The translations under genes were made by a program, and so were the position numbers. The notes beneath the pieces were generated by a model that was given only the letters and a program-made list of their open reading frames with translations, was not told the origin of the DNA and made no database searches. A stretch of 64,000 nucleotides of DNA, taken from NCBI GenBank assembly GCA_002440825.1, contig DJVH01000095.1, positions 49,954 through 113,953 on the forward strand, read 5' to 3'. This document shows positions 30,781-39,761 of this stretch, piece after piece; the stretch's first letter is position 1, and each line of letters opens with the position of its first letter. Source of the stretch: Bacteriovoracaceae bacterium UBA6261. GTDB taxonomy: Bacteria; Bdellovibrionota; Bacteriovoracia; Bacteriovoracales; Bacteriovoracaceae.

Positions 30781-32172
30781 TTATTTTAATTGATTAATCA
30801 GCTCATCAAACATCGGTCGCGCCGCAAGTCCTTGCTGATATTCTCCGTTATACATGAAAACAAAAACTAGAGGAGAATTATTTTTTCTTCCAATGTAACC
30901 GGCAAGACCCACAACGCCATCGAGATAACCTGTTTTGGCGCGAACCATGGATTGCTCCCCTTTTTTCATCCGGTTTTTCAGAGTGCCATCAACTCCGGCA
31001 ATCGGAAGCCCTGAGAGAAATTCAGGAAAAATGAGAAAATCATTTTTAATCGTATTTAAAACGAGCGCCAGTTGCTTTGCCGTGAAACGATTGTCTCGTG
31101 TTAATCCGGAGACATTTTCCAGAACATAGTCCTTTCTGCTGAAACCGATTCCATCGAGATATTTTTTAATTTCTTCAATTCCGTCCTTCATCTTGGCCGG
31201 ATTTTGAGAATTTTCAGCGGCCAGATTTTTTGCCAGCATCTCTGCGACAAAGTTGTTTGAAAATTTCAGCATATCGGAAAGAATTTCATTGAGATTTTTT
31301 GAAGGCGAAACAGCGAGAACGGCAGACTCCGGTTCACAGGATTCAGCTTTGACTTTCCCTTTTAAAGTAATTCCTCTTTGCTTTAAAAATTCTTTCAGAT
31401 GCATTCCAATCCATAAATTGGGATTTGAAATACTTTTGTAAATGACTACTTCCTGTCCATCGGCGGAAATTGAACCACTCACAATAATCTTATCGTGATC
31501 TCCGGCCTTCACTCGGGAAGCTTCAATGGATTTCACTCCGCTTTTGCCAACAGTCTTTGTTTTATTTTCAAGTTCAAGATAGTCATTTTCCGGATCGAGA
31601 AAAACTTTTGCCGAGGATCCTGTTTCACCAGGACGGATAAAAATATTCACGCTATTCCAGTTAAAAGATGATGCAGAAACAGGAGCATCAAAAGCGCGGT
31701 CCACTCTTACCGATTCTCTTCCGCTGTCAAAAAGTTCGTCATCGAACCGTGTTGAATCAACTCGAAGATCTCCATCAACAACATTAAGTCCTGTTCTTTT
31801 CAATTCATTGACGAGATACCACATTTTTTCAGAAACAAAGGATGGATCTCCGCCTCCTTTAAGGCAGAGATCGCCTTTTAATAATCCGCTTTGAATATCT
31901 TTTTTTGCCAGCAGTTTAGTTTCAAATTTTTTATTCATAGGAAAAACATTTAAGACAGCCGCGCCGGTTACAATTTTTGTCAAAGAAGCCGGCACCATGG
32001 ATCGTGCAGCATTCACATTGAAAATTTCCTTCCCATCATCTTCGACATAAAGACCCAGACTTTGTTCATTGAAATGATGTTTCTTGATGACGCTTTTAAG
32101 TCGGTTGCTCAAATCATCTGCAAACGAAAATTGCATGTTTGTTACAAGAAAAATGATCGACAATATTTTCAT
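30781..32172 (-). CDS. dacB: D-Ala-D-Ala carboxypeptidase/endopeptidase (PBP4, peptidase S13)
   Basis: signal peptide; SxxK (ASLTK), GGGDP, SNN, KTG. Confidence 0.93.
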   Translation of the reverse strand: MKILSIIFLVTNMQFSFADDLSNRLKSVIKKHHFNEQSLGLYVEDDGKEIFNVNAARSMVPASLTKIVTGAAVLNVFPMNKKFETKLLAKKDIQSGLLKGDLCLKGGGDPSFVSEKMWYLVNELKRTGLNVVDGDLRVDSTRFDDELFDSGRESVRVDRAFDAPVSASSFNWNSVNIFIRPGETGSSAKVFLDPENDYLELENKTKTVGKSGVKSIEASRVKAGDHDKIIVSGSISADGQEVVIYKSISNPNLWIGMHLKEFLKQRGITLKGKVKAESCEPESAVLAVSPSKNLNEILSDMLKFSNNFVAEMLAKNLAAENSQNPAKMKDGIEEIKKYLDGIGFSRKDYVLENVSGLTRDNRFTAKQLALVLNTIKNDFLIFPEFLSGLPIAGVDGTLKNRMKKGEQSMVRAKTGYLDGVVGLAGYIGRKNNSPLVFVFMYNGEYQQGLAARPMFDELINQLK

Positions 32173-32248
32173 AGAAATCTCTTGGTTTACAGAGGCATTT
32201 TAGATTAATATTTTAGCTTCAGATTCAAATCTTTCACAAGGAGATAAT

Positions 32249-33367
32249 GTGAAAATGTCAGCGAAAAAACTCGCTATAAATACAATCATTTCAGCCTTGG
32301 TTTTATTGTCGGCAAATGCTATTGCCGCTCCAAAACTGAAGTTCATTGGCGATCAAAATATAAGTACTGGTGAAAAATTCAAGGAGACGGAGATTGGCGG
32401 TCTCTCCGGACTTGCCTTCGATCAGAAAAAAAATGTTCTTCTTGCTATCAGTGATGACAGAAGCGTGATCAATGACGCCCGATTTTATGAATTTGATTTA
32501 AAACTTGATGAAAAGAATTTTAAAGTGACTCCGGCCAATGTGATTACTCTCAAAGCGAAGGATGGCAAACCATTTAAAAAAGGTATGGCCGATTTCGAAG
32601 GTATTACATTGTGGGGAGATGATGTGATTATTAGCTCTGAAGGATGGCTTAATAAAGAGCCTTCAATTGATCCGGAAATTATCCAGTTTTCGCGAAATGG
32701 CGATTACAAAGCAAACCTGGAAGTACCGGAGCAATTCTTGTCGAAAAAAGATTCTGTCAAATACGGTCCCAGAGACAATCTCGTCTTTGAAGCCCTTTCG
32801 GCGGCAAAAGATGGGAAGTCTTTCTGGGTGGGTGCAGAAGAAGCACTTTTTCAAGACGACAGAACTTCGACTCCCTCATATGAAAGTACACTGCGTTTAA
32901 TTCAGTATAAAGATTTAAAGCCGGTCAAGCAGGTCGCTTATAAACTTGAAAAGGTTCCAAGTATCAAAGTGGCCGGTCTTACTGTCGGCGAAACCGGTCT
33001 TTCTGATATATTGGCCGTTGATGAAAATCATTTTTACTCAATTGAAAGAAGTTATCTTCCGCTCGCAAAAAAAGCTGTGATCAGACTTTTTTATAACACG
33101 GTGACTGATAAAACAGCCGATGTTTCCAAAGTGGATTCTCTTAATAAAACTTTAAAGGAACTTAAACGTGTAGATAAAGAAATGATCGCAGATCTTGAAG
33201 AATTTAAGAATCAGATGAGTTCTAACTTTCAAAATCTCGATAATATTGAAGGGATTTGTTTTGGCCCCACGCTCTCTAATGGCCATGAAACAATCATTCT
33301 TGTGAGCGACAATAATTTTAAAAAAAATCAGCGCACGCAATTTTTGGCTTTTGAAGTTCTTCCGTAA
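32249..33367 (+). CDS. secreted esterase-like-activity-of-phytase family protein
   Basis: GGLSGL, AISDDR, DFEGI, ISSEG, DNIEG, LVSDNNF..Q.TQFL. Confidence 0.9.
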   Translation: MKMSAKKLAINTIISALVLLSANAIAAPKLKFIGDQNISTGEKFKETEIGGLSGLAFDQKKNVLLAISDDRSVINDARFYEFDLKLDEKNFKVTPANVITLKAKDGKPFKKGMADFEGITLWGDDVIISSEGWLNKEPSIDPEIIQFSRNGDYKANLEVPEQFLSKKDSVKYGPRDNLVFEALSAAKDGKSFWVGAEEALFQDDRTSTPSYESTLRLIQYKDLKPVKQVAYKLEKVPSIKVAGLTVGETGLSDILAVDENHFYSIERSYLPLAKKAVIRLFYNTVTDKTADVSKVDSLNKTLKELKRVDKEMIADLEEFKNQMSSNFQNLDNIEGICFGPTLSNGHETIILVSDNNFKKNQRTQFLAFEVLP

Positions 33368-33374
33368 ATAATTT

Positions 33375-33402
33375 TTGACAAAGACTTATTCCAAGTCGTA
33401 AT
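33375..33402 (+). promoter_or_regulatory. putative sigma70 promoter
   Basis: TTGACA-N16-CGTAAT; spacer contains GACTT-N5-AAGTC inverted repeat. Confidence 0.4.
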
Positions 33403-33403
33403 C

Positions 33404-33434
33404 AGAAGCTCCTTCGTGAAAATAAGGAGCTTCT
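33404..33434 (+). promoter_or_regulatory. hairpin sequestering the Shine-Dalgarno of the 33435 gene
   Basis: AGAAGCTCCTT-N9-AAGGAGCTTCT, perfect 11 bp, directly before ATG. Confidence 0.6.
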
Positions 33435-33767
33435 ATGAAAACGGCTTTTTACTTTTTCTCTTTGTTCACTTCCATTTCCCTTTTCGCTGATGATACGTGC
33501 ATAAAGGTGACACTTCCTAACCAGGATGTTGAATTCCTTTGCGGGCACAACCATTCATCGCAAATCAATTTGTGTGGCTTTAAAGAAACAGAACTTTGCT
33601 TTGTCGGAAGCGCTCAGGGATTGGCCGATAAGATCAATGCTGGTCTTTATAAGACCGGCCTTTATAGCGTTTCAGATGCCGCTAAATTGAATGGGTATGA
33701 CGTCCAGGCTACTTTCACCAGTCCAGACAAAAAAGCTGTTAAAAAGACCATTCACAAATGCGAGTAA
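33435..33767 (+). CDS. small secreted Cys-containing hypothetical protein
   Basis: signal peptide ending LFA; AAGGAG RBS; 5 Cys. Confidence 0.75.
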   Translation: MKTAFYFFSLFTSISLFADDTCIKVTLPNQDVEFLCGHNHSSQINLCGFKETELCFVGSAQGLADKINAGLYKTGLYSVSDAAKLNGYDVQATFTSPDKKAVKKTIHKCE

Positions 33768-33794
33768 AATTTAGCCTCTCTTCAGTCAAAATCT

Positions 33795-33809
33795 GTCTAA
33801 ACTTTTGAC
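33795..33809. promoter_or_regulatory. candidate enhancer (UAS) palindrome
   Basis: GTCTAAACTTTTGAC about 115 bp upstream of the predicted sigma54 start. Confidence 0.4.
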
Positions 33810-33890
33810 AGGGGTTAAAAGACTAACGGCCAGAGCAGGATCTGATGCTTCTAACCCTTCGTTAGCTTGTCTTTTCCCGGCCCTTGATTC

Positions 33891-33906
33891 TGGCACTCTC
33901 CTTGCT
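33891..33906 (+). promoter_or_regulatory. sigma54 (RpoN) -24/-12 promoter
   Basis: TGGCAC-TCTCC-TTGCT, exact consensus spacing. Confidence 0.8.
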
Positions 33907-33945
33907 CTTACAATCCACAAGAGTCTTTAAAAAAGAGAGTTCATT

Positions 33946-34287
33946 ATGAAAACATTATTTATCTTCATTCTTGCTATGATTACTGTAAATGCTCAGGCAA
34001 GCATTCTCTGTCATACACCAAGATCAAATAAAATTTTTGAAATTAAAGATGCAAAAGTCACGTTCTTTAATGAGTTCGATACAACGGCACACAGAGAATT
34101 AGCTTCAGTTGTTTCGAGAAACAGAACAAATGATAAAGGTCTGACAAAAGTCGTTGAATTTGAAAACCAAAAACACACGATTCACATTGCAGACGCAGCC
34201 CATTTTTCAGATGTTGATGACTATATCATTATCAAAGCAAAATCTGGTCATGAAGTGACGTATCCGATTTCTTGCGAACAAAAATAA
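33946..34287 (+). CDS. small secreted hypothetical protein
   Basis: signal peptide ending AQA; two Cys near the termini. Confidence 0.8.
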   Translation: MKTLFIFILAMITVNAQASILCHTPRSNKIFEIKDAKVTFFNEFDTTAHRELASVVSRNRTNDKGLTKVVEFENQKHTIHIADAAHFSDVDDYIIIKAKSGHEVTYPISCEQK

Positions 34288-34333
34288 AAAGAATTCTGAG
34301 CTGATGAGTTCCCCCCTCATCAGGCCATCGTAC

Positions 34334-34372
34334 AGGCCTTGTCTTTAATCCCCTATAAAGTCAGGGCCTTTT
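34334..34372 (+). terminator. intrinsic terminator with C-rich loop
   Basis: AGGCCTTGTCTTTA-ATCCCCTA-TAAAGTCAGGGCCT-TTT. Confidence 0.55.
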
Positions 34373-34377
34373 ATAAA

Positions 34378-35244
34378 TTAAAAAATGAGAAGGCATGAAC
34401 CTTCTTCGAGCGCTTCAACTGCAAGCGAAGATTCATTTTCAATTGTCACGGCTTCGTAAGGTGAAACAGGAATTCCATTAACGGCAATTTTCCCATTCAA
34501 GTTCAAGATGGAACAAGGACGTTTGAGCGCAATGGATGAAAAGTATTTTTCATTGGAATTTTGATTTAAAAGTGAAAGTTCAAAGTCACGATGTGAACAA
34601 ATATCTGAGCGCCCATGGCGATGGAAGAGATTTTTTTTATGCTGGAAAAAATCCAATCGGTTTTTTTCGGGAGCAAAATTAATGACGTCCAGAGATTTTT
34701 CTACATGCAGGTCACGGGGCTGGCCTTTTTCATCAACCCGGTTCCAATCCCACACGCGGTAAGTAATGCCGGAGTTTTGCTGGACTTCAGCCAGGGTAAT
34801 ATTTTTTCCAATGGCGTGAATGCTTCCGGCGGGAACAAAGAAAAAATCACCTGGTTTTACTTCATAGAAATTCAGCAATTCATTGACCGGTCGCTTTTCT
34901 TTTAAAGCTTGTTCAAGAGTTTTTCGCTCTATTCCTTCTTTCAGACCGAGAAAAATGCCGGCGCCGGGATCTGATTCGAGAATAATCCAACACTCTGTTT
35001 TGCCCGAAGAATTCTCATGCAGGCGTGCGTACTCATCGCCGGGATGAACTTGAATAGAAAGTTCATCAGAAGTATCGATCAATTTCGCGAGATACGGCAA
35101 AGACTCTTCGAAAATTTCCAGCGTCTCTCCGACAGGAACCATTGATTCTGCCCCTGACTCTTTCGTAGAAAGATGTTTCCAGTTCTGCAGTTTTTTTCCG
35201 CCCCAGATTTTACGGACTATTGATGGTTTATGTACCTTAATCAT
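34378..35244 (-). CDS. mannose-6-phosphate isomerase, class I
   Basis: KIWGG, LSIQVHP, KTECW, VPAGSIHAIG, EVQQNS, TYRVWDW. Confidence 0.9.
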   Translation of the reverse strand: MIKVHKPSIVRKIWGGKKLQNWKHLSTKESGAESMVPVGETLEIFEESLPYLAKLIDTSDELSIQVHPGDEYARLHENSSGKTECWIILESDPGAGIFLGLKEGIERKTLEQALKEKRPVNELLNFYEVKPGDFFFVPAGSIHAIGKNITLAEVQQNSGITYRVWDWNRVDEKGQPRDLHVEKSLDVINFAPEKNRLDFFQHKKNLFHRHGRSDICSHRDFELSLLNQNSNEKYFSSIALKRPCSILNLNGKIAVNGIPVSPYEAVTIENESSLAVEALEEGSCLLIF

Positions 35245-35356
35245 ACAAACGCTAAATTCCTTATAGAGTTGGCAGTATTCTCTCAGGCTCCGTTCGAACT
35301 TTCAAGGCTCTACCTGTCCTTCCCCATCGATTCGCTTTTCCCTTTAAAATAGAGCT

Positions 35357-36010
35357 ATGAAAAAACCTGTTCCGGCCCTTTATTTATTTAACAATATTTT
35401 CTATCCGCAGACGATGATTCCTCTTTCTGTGAATGATGAAACGTCTCAAAAAATGCTTTTAAAATGCTTTGAGCAAAATGCTGAACTCGTCCTGTATTAT
35501 CCCCATGCGCGCTCAAAAGGGGTCGCCACTCTCGGAAAAATACTCATGATTGATACCAACAGCGATGGCAGTTTGAGTGTCATTGTTCAAGGAATCATGC
35601 GGGTGAAGCTGGAGAATCTCGTTCAGCAGGAACCGTATCCGCTTTATCTCGTCGGCGATTATCACGACCACGAAGAAAAAAACCAGACCTTGCGGGACTC
35701 GCCGCTGGAGCGTCTGCATCTCGTTTTAGAGCGATGGCTCACTCGCCATGTTCATTCTAAAGTTGAGAGAGATCGTTTCATGAAGGACATCAGTTCTCCG
35801 GCCAAGCTGATCAACAATTTGTGTATGCTGGTGATTAAAGATGTCGAGTTAAAACAAATTTTTCTGGAAAGCACTTCGCTTTTAGATCGGGTCCGGATGA
35901 TGAATGCGCTGCTTGTGGGGGAAACCCCGGAATCGGAAGATATGGAAATGTGCGAGGCGATCAAAAATTTTGAACGCCTCGAAATAGATCAGTATAAAAC
36001 GGCTTCTTAG
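35357..36010 (+). CDS. stand-alone Lon N-terminal substrate-binding domain protein
   Basis: IFYPQTMIPL, VATLGKI, DGSLSVIVQGIMRV, KQIFLE...DR. Confidence 0.8.
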   Translation: MKKPVPALYLFNNIFYPQTMIPLSVNDETSQKMLLKCFEQNAELVLYYPHARSKGVATLGKILMIDTNSDGSLSVIVQGIMRVKLENLVQQEPYPLYLVGDYHDHEEKNQTLRDSPLERLHLVLERWLTRHVHSKVERDRFMKDISSPAKLINNLCMLVIKDVELKQIFLESTSLLDRVRMMNALLVGETPESEDMEMCEAIKNFERLEIDQYKTAS

Positions 36011-36672
36011 AAAACTGTGATAACCATGTTCAGGAGGAAAAGTCCCAATCCTGAGATCACTGGAATGCAAAGGTTATCGTCAACGAATTGAGAGCAGAGT
36101 TCTGAAATCGCTCCAATCACTCCCGCTACAATCGCAAACATCAAAAGGCTCATGCTTGGGCTTGCGTGAATCAATCCATAAACAAGAGTCACGATATAGC
36201 AAACCGAAAAAGCTGCAATCGTGCCCTGAAGAGATTTGTTCGGAAGGATTTTATCGCGTCCGTAAAGAATTCCGCAGAATGAAGCAATTGGATCAGCAAA
36301 GATCAAAAAGAGAACCGAAAGAATCGCAATTCGCTCTGGAAAGAAGAAAAGCGACAAAGAAACTCCTAAAGCATAGAACGGAAGTCCGCTCACAGAGTTT
36401 TTTTCTGATTCACGCATAACTGGCTTCAAGATAAACATGACCAGTTGGTTCATTTTTTCATTTCTCAGACGAAAGTATTCGACGAGAAAGGCGCTGGCAG
36501 AAACGATAAGTAAAATAGCTGCAACAGATTCAATTGTCAGATGAGATTTGTAGTAAGCAGCAAGTCCGATAAGGCCCGTGGCCATGTGCCATAGCTTCCG
36601 AGCTAGGTGCAAATCAGTACGTAGACGAAACGGCGACGATACTCTGACTTGCGATAAAAGGGCTTGTCCCAT
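36007..36672 (-). CDS. CTP-dependent diacylglycerol/polyprenol kinase (SEC59/DGK1/VTE5) family membrane protein
   Basis: RKLWH, MRESE, ADPIASFCG, KSLQGT, DDNLCIP. Confidence 0.85.
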   Translation of the reverse strand: MGQALLSQVRVSSPFRLRTDLHLARKLWHMATGLIGLAAYYKSHLTIESVAAILLIVSASAFLVEYFRLRNEKMNQLVMFILKPVMRESEKNSVSGLPFYALGVSLSLFFFPERIAILSVLFLIFADPIASFCGILYGRDKILPNKSLQGTIAAFSVCYIVTLVYGLIHASPSMSLLMFAIVAGVIGAISELCSQFVDDNLCIPVISGLGLFLLNMVITVF

Positions 36673-36917
36673 TAGAAGGCTCCTAAGATTCCAGGTCGAC
36701 CAAGTGAGATGGTCACCTATTTTTTACAAGTATCTAATTTGTGAATTAGCTTACAGACTTCCGGGATTTCTGTAAATCTCTCTGCATTATTTACAACTTT
36801 AGTGGTTCCAAGGACTTTGGTATTTTTTCCGTTACATTCCTAGATTTTTCTTCCTATAATATTTTAAAACATCTGCTAAGATTATGGATCGAAGCTTTTG
36901 GCAAAGGATGGAATCTT

Positions 36918-37886
36918 GTGTCTATTTTAAACGATCAAGCTGGCCCAAATAGTGGTTTAAGTGGTGATTTTCAATCACATTTGGGAGCTCAGAGACGACA
37001 GCAAATATGGGCCATTGGTGGCGGCAAAGGGGGCGTTGGAAAATCCCTCGTTACGGCGAACCTCGCTATTTGTTTAGCACTCATGGGTCACAAAGTTGCT
37101 GCCATCGACCTGGACTTAGGGGGAGCGAATCTCCATACCTGTCTTGGGGTTCCTATTCCCGAAAAAACTCTTTCTGATTATTTGTCGAAAAAAGTCAGGA
37201 GCCTTAACGAACTTTTGACTCCAACGGCGATCAATAATTTGTATATTATTTCTGGTGCTCAGGATGATCTTGGGATCGCCAACCTAAAACAAATGCATAA
37301 AGCAAAACTTTTAAATCAACTTGGGGAACTTCCGGTTGATTATGTTTTACTGGATCTTGGTGCCGGAACAACTTTCAACACAATCGACTTTTTTATTTCT
37401 GCGGATCAGGGAATCATCACGACTCTTCCTGAACCGACATCTATTGAAAACTCATACCGTTTTATTAAATCCGTTTATCACCGTAAATTAAAAATGGCCG
37501 AAGAGCTTTTAGAGATTGGTCCACTAATTGATCAAGCGATGAACGCGAAAATTTCTCAGAACTCAACTCCTGCTGATCTGATTAACCGAGTAATCGAAAT
37601 TAATCCGGTAGTCGGTCAGAAACTTCGCTCTGAAATTAATAAACTTCACCCGCGATTAATCATTAATCAAGTTCGCACACAAGCCGATATTGATATTGGT
37701 TTCTCCATGAAGTTAATCAGCAAGAAGTATTTTGGAATCAATCTCGATTACGTTGGCTATCTCGATTACGATGCGACTGTGTGGCAATCGGTAAAAAAGA
37801 GAAAGCCGCTCCTGATGGAATTTCCAAATTCAACTCTTGTGAATAACTTCGATAGAATTATTCATCGCCTGTTAAATATTAATTAA
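36918..37886 (+). CDS. MinD/FlhG-like P-loop ATPase
   Basis: GGGKGGVGKS deviant Walker A, DLDLGGANLH, DLGAGT, PEPTSIEN; GTG start. Confidence 0.9.
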   Translation: MSILNDQAGPNSGLSGDFQSHLGAQRRQQIWAIGGGKGGVGKSLVTANLAICLALMGHKVAAIDLDLGGANLHTCLGVPIPEKTLSDYLSKKVRSLNELLTPTAINNLYIISGAQDDLGIANLKQMHKAKLLNQLGELPVDYVLLDLGAGTTFNTIDFFISADQGIITTLPEPTSIENSYRFIKSVYHRKLKMAEELLEIGPLIDQAMNAKISQNSTPADLINRVIEINPVVGQKLRSEINKLHPRLIINQVRTQADIDIGFSMKLISKKYFGINLDYVGYLDYDATVWQSVKKRKPLLMEFPNSTLVNNFDRIIHRLLNIN

Positions 37887-37907
37887 ACGAGAGAAGAAAA
37901 GAGTTTT

Positions 37908-38705
37908 ATGAGCGATTTAAAAAATTACTACGAAGTTTTAGAAATTCCTTCGACTGCTAGATCTGAAGAAATTTATCACAGCTACCAGAGAGCAAAATCA
38001 GCTTATTCTTCTGACTCTCTTGCGCTTTATTCTCTCATGAGCCCTGAAGAATGCAGAAACGTTCTTGAGATGGTTGAAGAAGCTTACTCAATTCTTTCTG
38101 ATCCTACTAAAAGAAAAAGATACGATGAAGCCCGCGGTATTAACCGTGACTTCAATACAATGAACTACAATGCGCTTGCCGACAGAGTTCCACAGCGAAG
38201 CGAGATAAGAAACGAAGTTCGAACTGAAAGAACCGAAATCTTTCCATCCAGCTCGCCGTCTTCTTCCGTCAGCTCCATGCTTCGCGATGAATTTACTCTT
38301 GGGACAAATGCCAACACGGCTCAAACGAGCGGTTTGTCTCCTAAACAAGAACAGACTTTATCCAACACAACTACCAACGTCACAAAACTTGTGACTCAAA
38401 AAAGATTTGCTCTGGACTATGTACTCAATGCTGAATTCGAGAAAGAAATCGAAGACGCGACTGAATTTACAGGCGACTTTCTTCGAAAAATCCGCGAATA
38501 CAAAAGTGTTGACCTTGAACGTTTAAGTGATATGACTAAGGTCTCAAGACTTTACCTTCAGGCCATCGAGAGTGAAGACTACGACAAGCTGCCGGCTTCT
38601 GTTTACGTACGCGGATTTGTATTCCAGTACGCAAAATGTTTAAAGCTCAAGCCAGAAGTCGTGGCCAATTCTTATGTTGCCCGCATGAAGAAGTTAAAGC
38701 CTTAA
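37908..38705 (+). CDS. J-like N-terminal domain plus C-terminal RodZ-type HTH protein
   Basis: NYYEVLEI...EAYSILSDPTKRKRYD without HPD; LRKIRE..LQAIESEDYDKLPASVYVRGF. Confidence 0.85.
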   Translation: MSDLKNYYEVLEIPSTARSEEIYHSYQRAKSAYSSDSLALYSLMSPEECRNVLEMVEEAYSILSDPTKRKRYDEARGINRDFNTMNYNALADRVPQRSEIRNEVRTERTEIFPSSSPSSSVSSMLRDEFTLGTNANTAQTSGLSPKQEQTLSNTTTNVTKLVTQKRFALDYVLNAEFEKEIEDATEFTGDFLRKIREYKSVDLERLSDMTKVSRLYLQAIESEDYDKLPASVYVRGFVFQYAKCLKLKPEVVANSYVARMKKLKP

Positions 38706-38732
38706 GCACTTAACTTTTAAAACGGGACAATC

Positions 38733-39758
38733 GTGAACGACATTTCTGAAATAAACTCCGCTGATCTCGACAGTGATTCCGTCAAACTTACGATCACTGA
38801 AGAAGATCGCGCGGCTTACAAACGGTTTGATCAATATCTTGCTGAAAAAGGCGGCGGTCACTCACGCACGTTTTTAAAAAATCTTTTTCTTGAAGATCAG
38901 ATCGTTGTCAGCGAAGACTCTCCCGTACAGCCCAAACTCGAATTAAAAAGAATGCCTCCGGCAGGCACTATCGTTGAAATTCTTGTTCCTCCTCCGCTGC
39001 CTTCATCGGCAGAGCCGGAAAATATCCCGCTTGAGATTCTTTACGAAGATGAGCATCTTGTTTTCGTGAATAAGCCTGCAGGACTGGTTACCCATCCAGC
39101 ACCAGGGAACTACACGGGAACTCTCGTTAACGCTATTTTATACCATTGCAAAGACATCAAAGGTGTAGGCAATGAAAAGCGTCCCGGCATTGTTCACCGC
39201 CTGGACAAAGGGACAAGCGGAGTCATGGTTATTGCCAAAACTCAAGCTTGCCATGAAGGACTCGTTCTTTTGTTCTCAACTCATGACATTGAGAGAAGAT
39301 ATGAAGCCCTGGTGATGAGAGGCCGCTGCCAGACCTACGGAACACTGGAAAGTATGATCGGCCGCGATCCACATAATCGCCTCAAAATGAAGGCCAGTTC
39401 TTCTCGCGGCAAAAAAGCCACAACTCATTACAAAATTCTCGAAATGTTCGACAGACATCTTCATATGGAATTTACGCTTGAAACCGGACGTACACATCAA
39501 ATCCGCGTTCATACTTCAGACCTTCTGAAGATGCCAATTATCTGCGATTCAACTTATGGCTCACCTAATGAACAATTCATGAAATTGGGTGCTCCGCTAA
39601 AAGAACTGATCGGTGATTATCCTTATCCATTTCTCCATGCAAAAGTTCTGGGTCTTGTTCACCCGATGACTGGCGAAAAATTGCGTTTTGAAGTTCCACC
39701 GCCTAAACTATTTCAAGACGTCCTCGAGCTATCAAGGAAACTAGTAACGCCGGTGTAA
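38733..39758 (+). CDS. rluD: RluA-family pseudouridine synthase (RluD-like)
   Basis: NKPAGLVTHP, RPGIVHRLDKGTSG, LETGRTHQIRVH; upstream of pgeF. Confidence 0.9.
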   Translation: MNDISEINSADLDSDSVKLTITEEDRAAYKRFDQYLAEKGGGHSRTFLKNLFLEDQIVVSEDSPVQPKLELKRMPPAGTIVEILVPPPLPSSAEPENIPLEILYEDEHLVFVNKPAGLVTHPAPGNYTGTLVNAILYHCKDIKGVGNEKRPGIVHRLDKGTSGVMVIAKTQACHEGLVLLFSTHDIERRYEALVMRGRCQTYGTLESMIGRDPHNRLKMKASSSRGKKATTHYKILEMFDRHLHMEFTLETGRTHQIRVHTSDLLKMPIICDSTYGSPNEQFMKLGAPLKELIGDYPYPFLHAKVLGLVHPMTGEKLRFEVPPPKLFQDVLELSRKLVTPV

Positions 39759-39761
39759 TTC

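Noticed and set aside
33811-33890. c-di-GMP or other known riboswitch
   Set aside because: No GEMM-type GGCAAA/GNRA/GCAAAG pattern or other consensus recognised; it lies upstream of the promoter rather than in a leader
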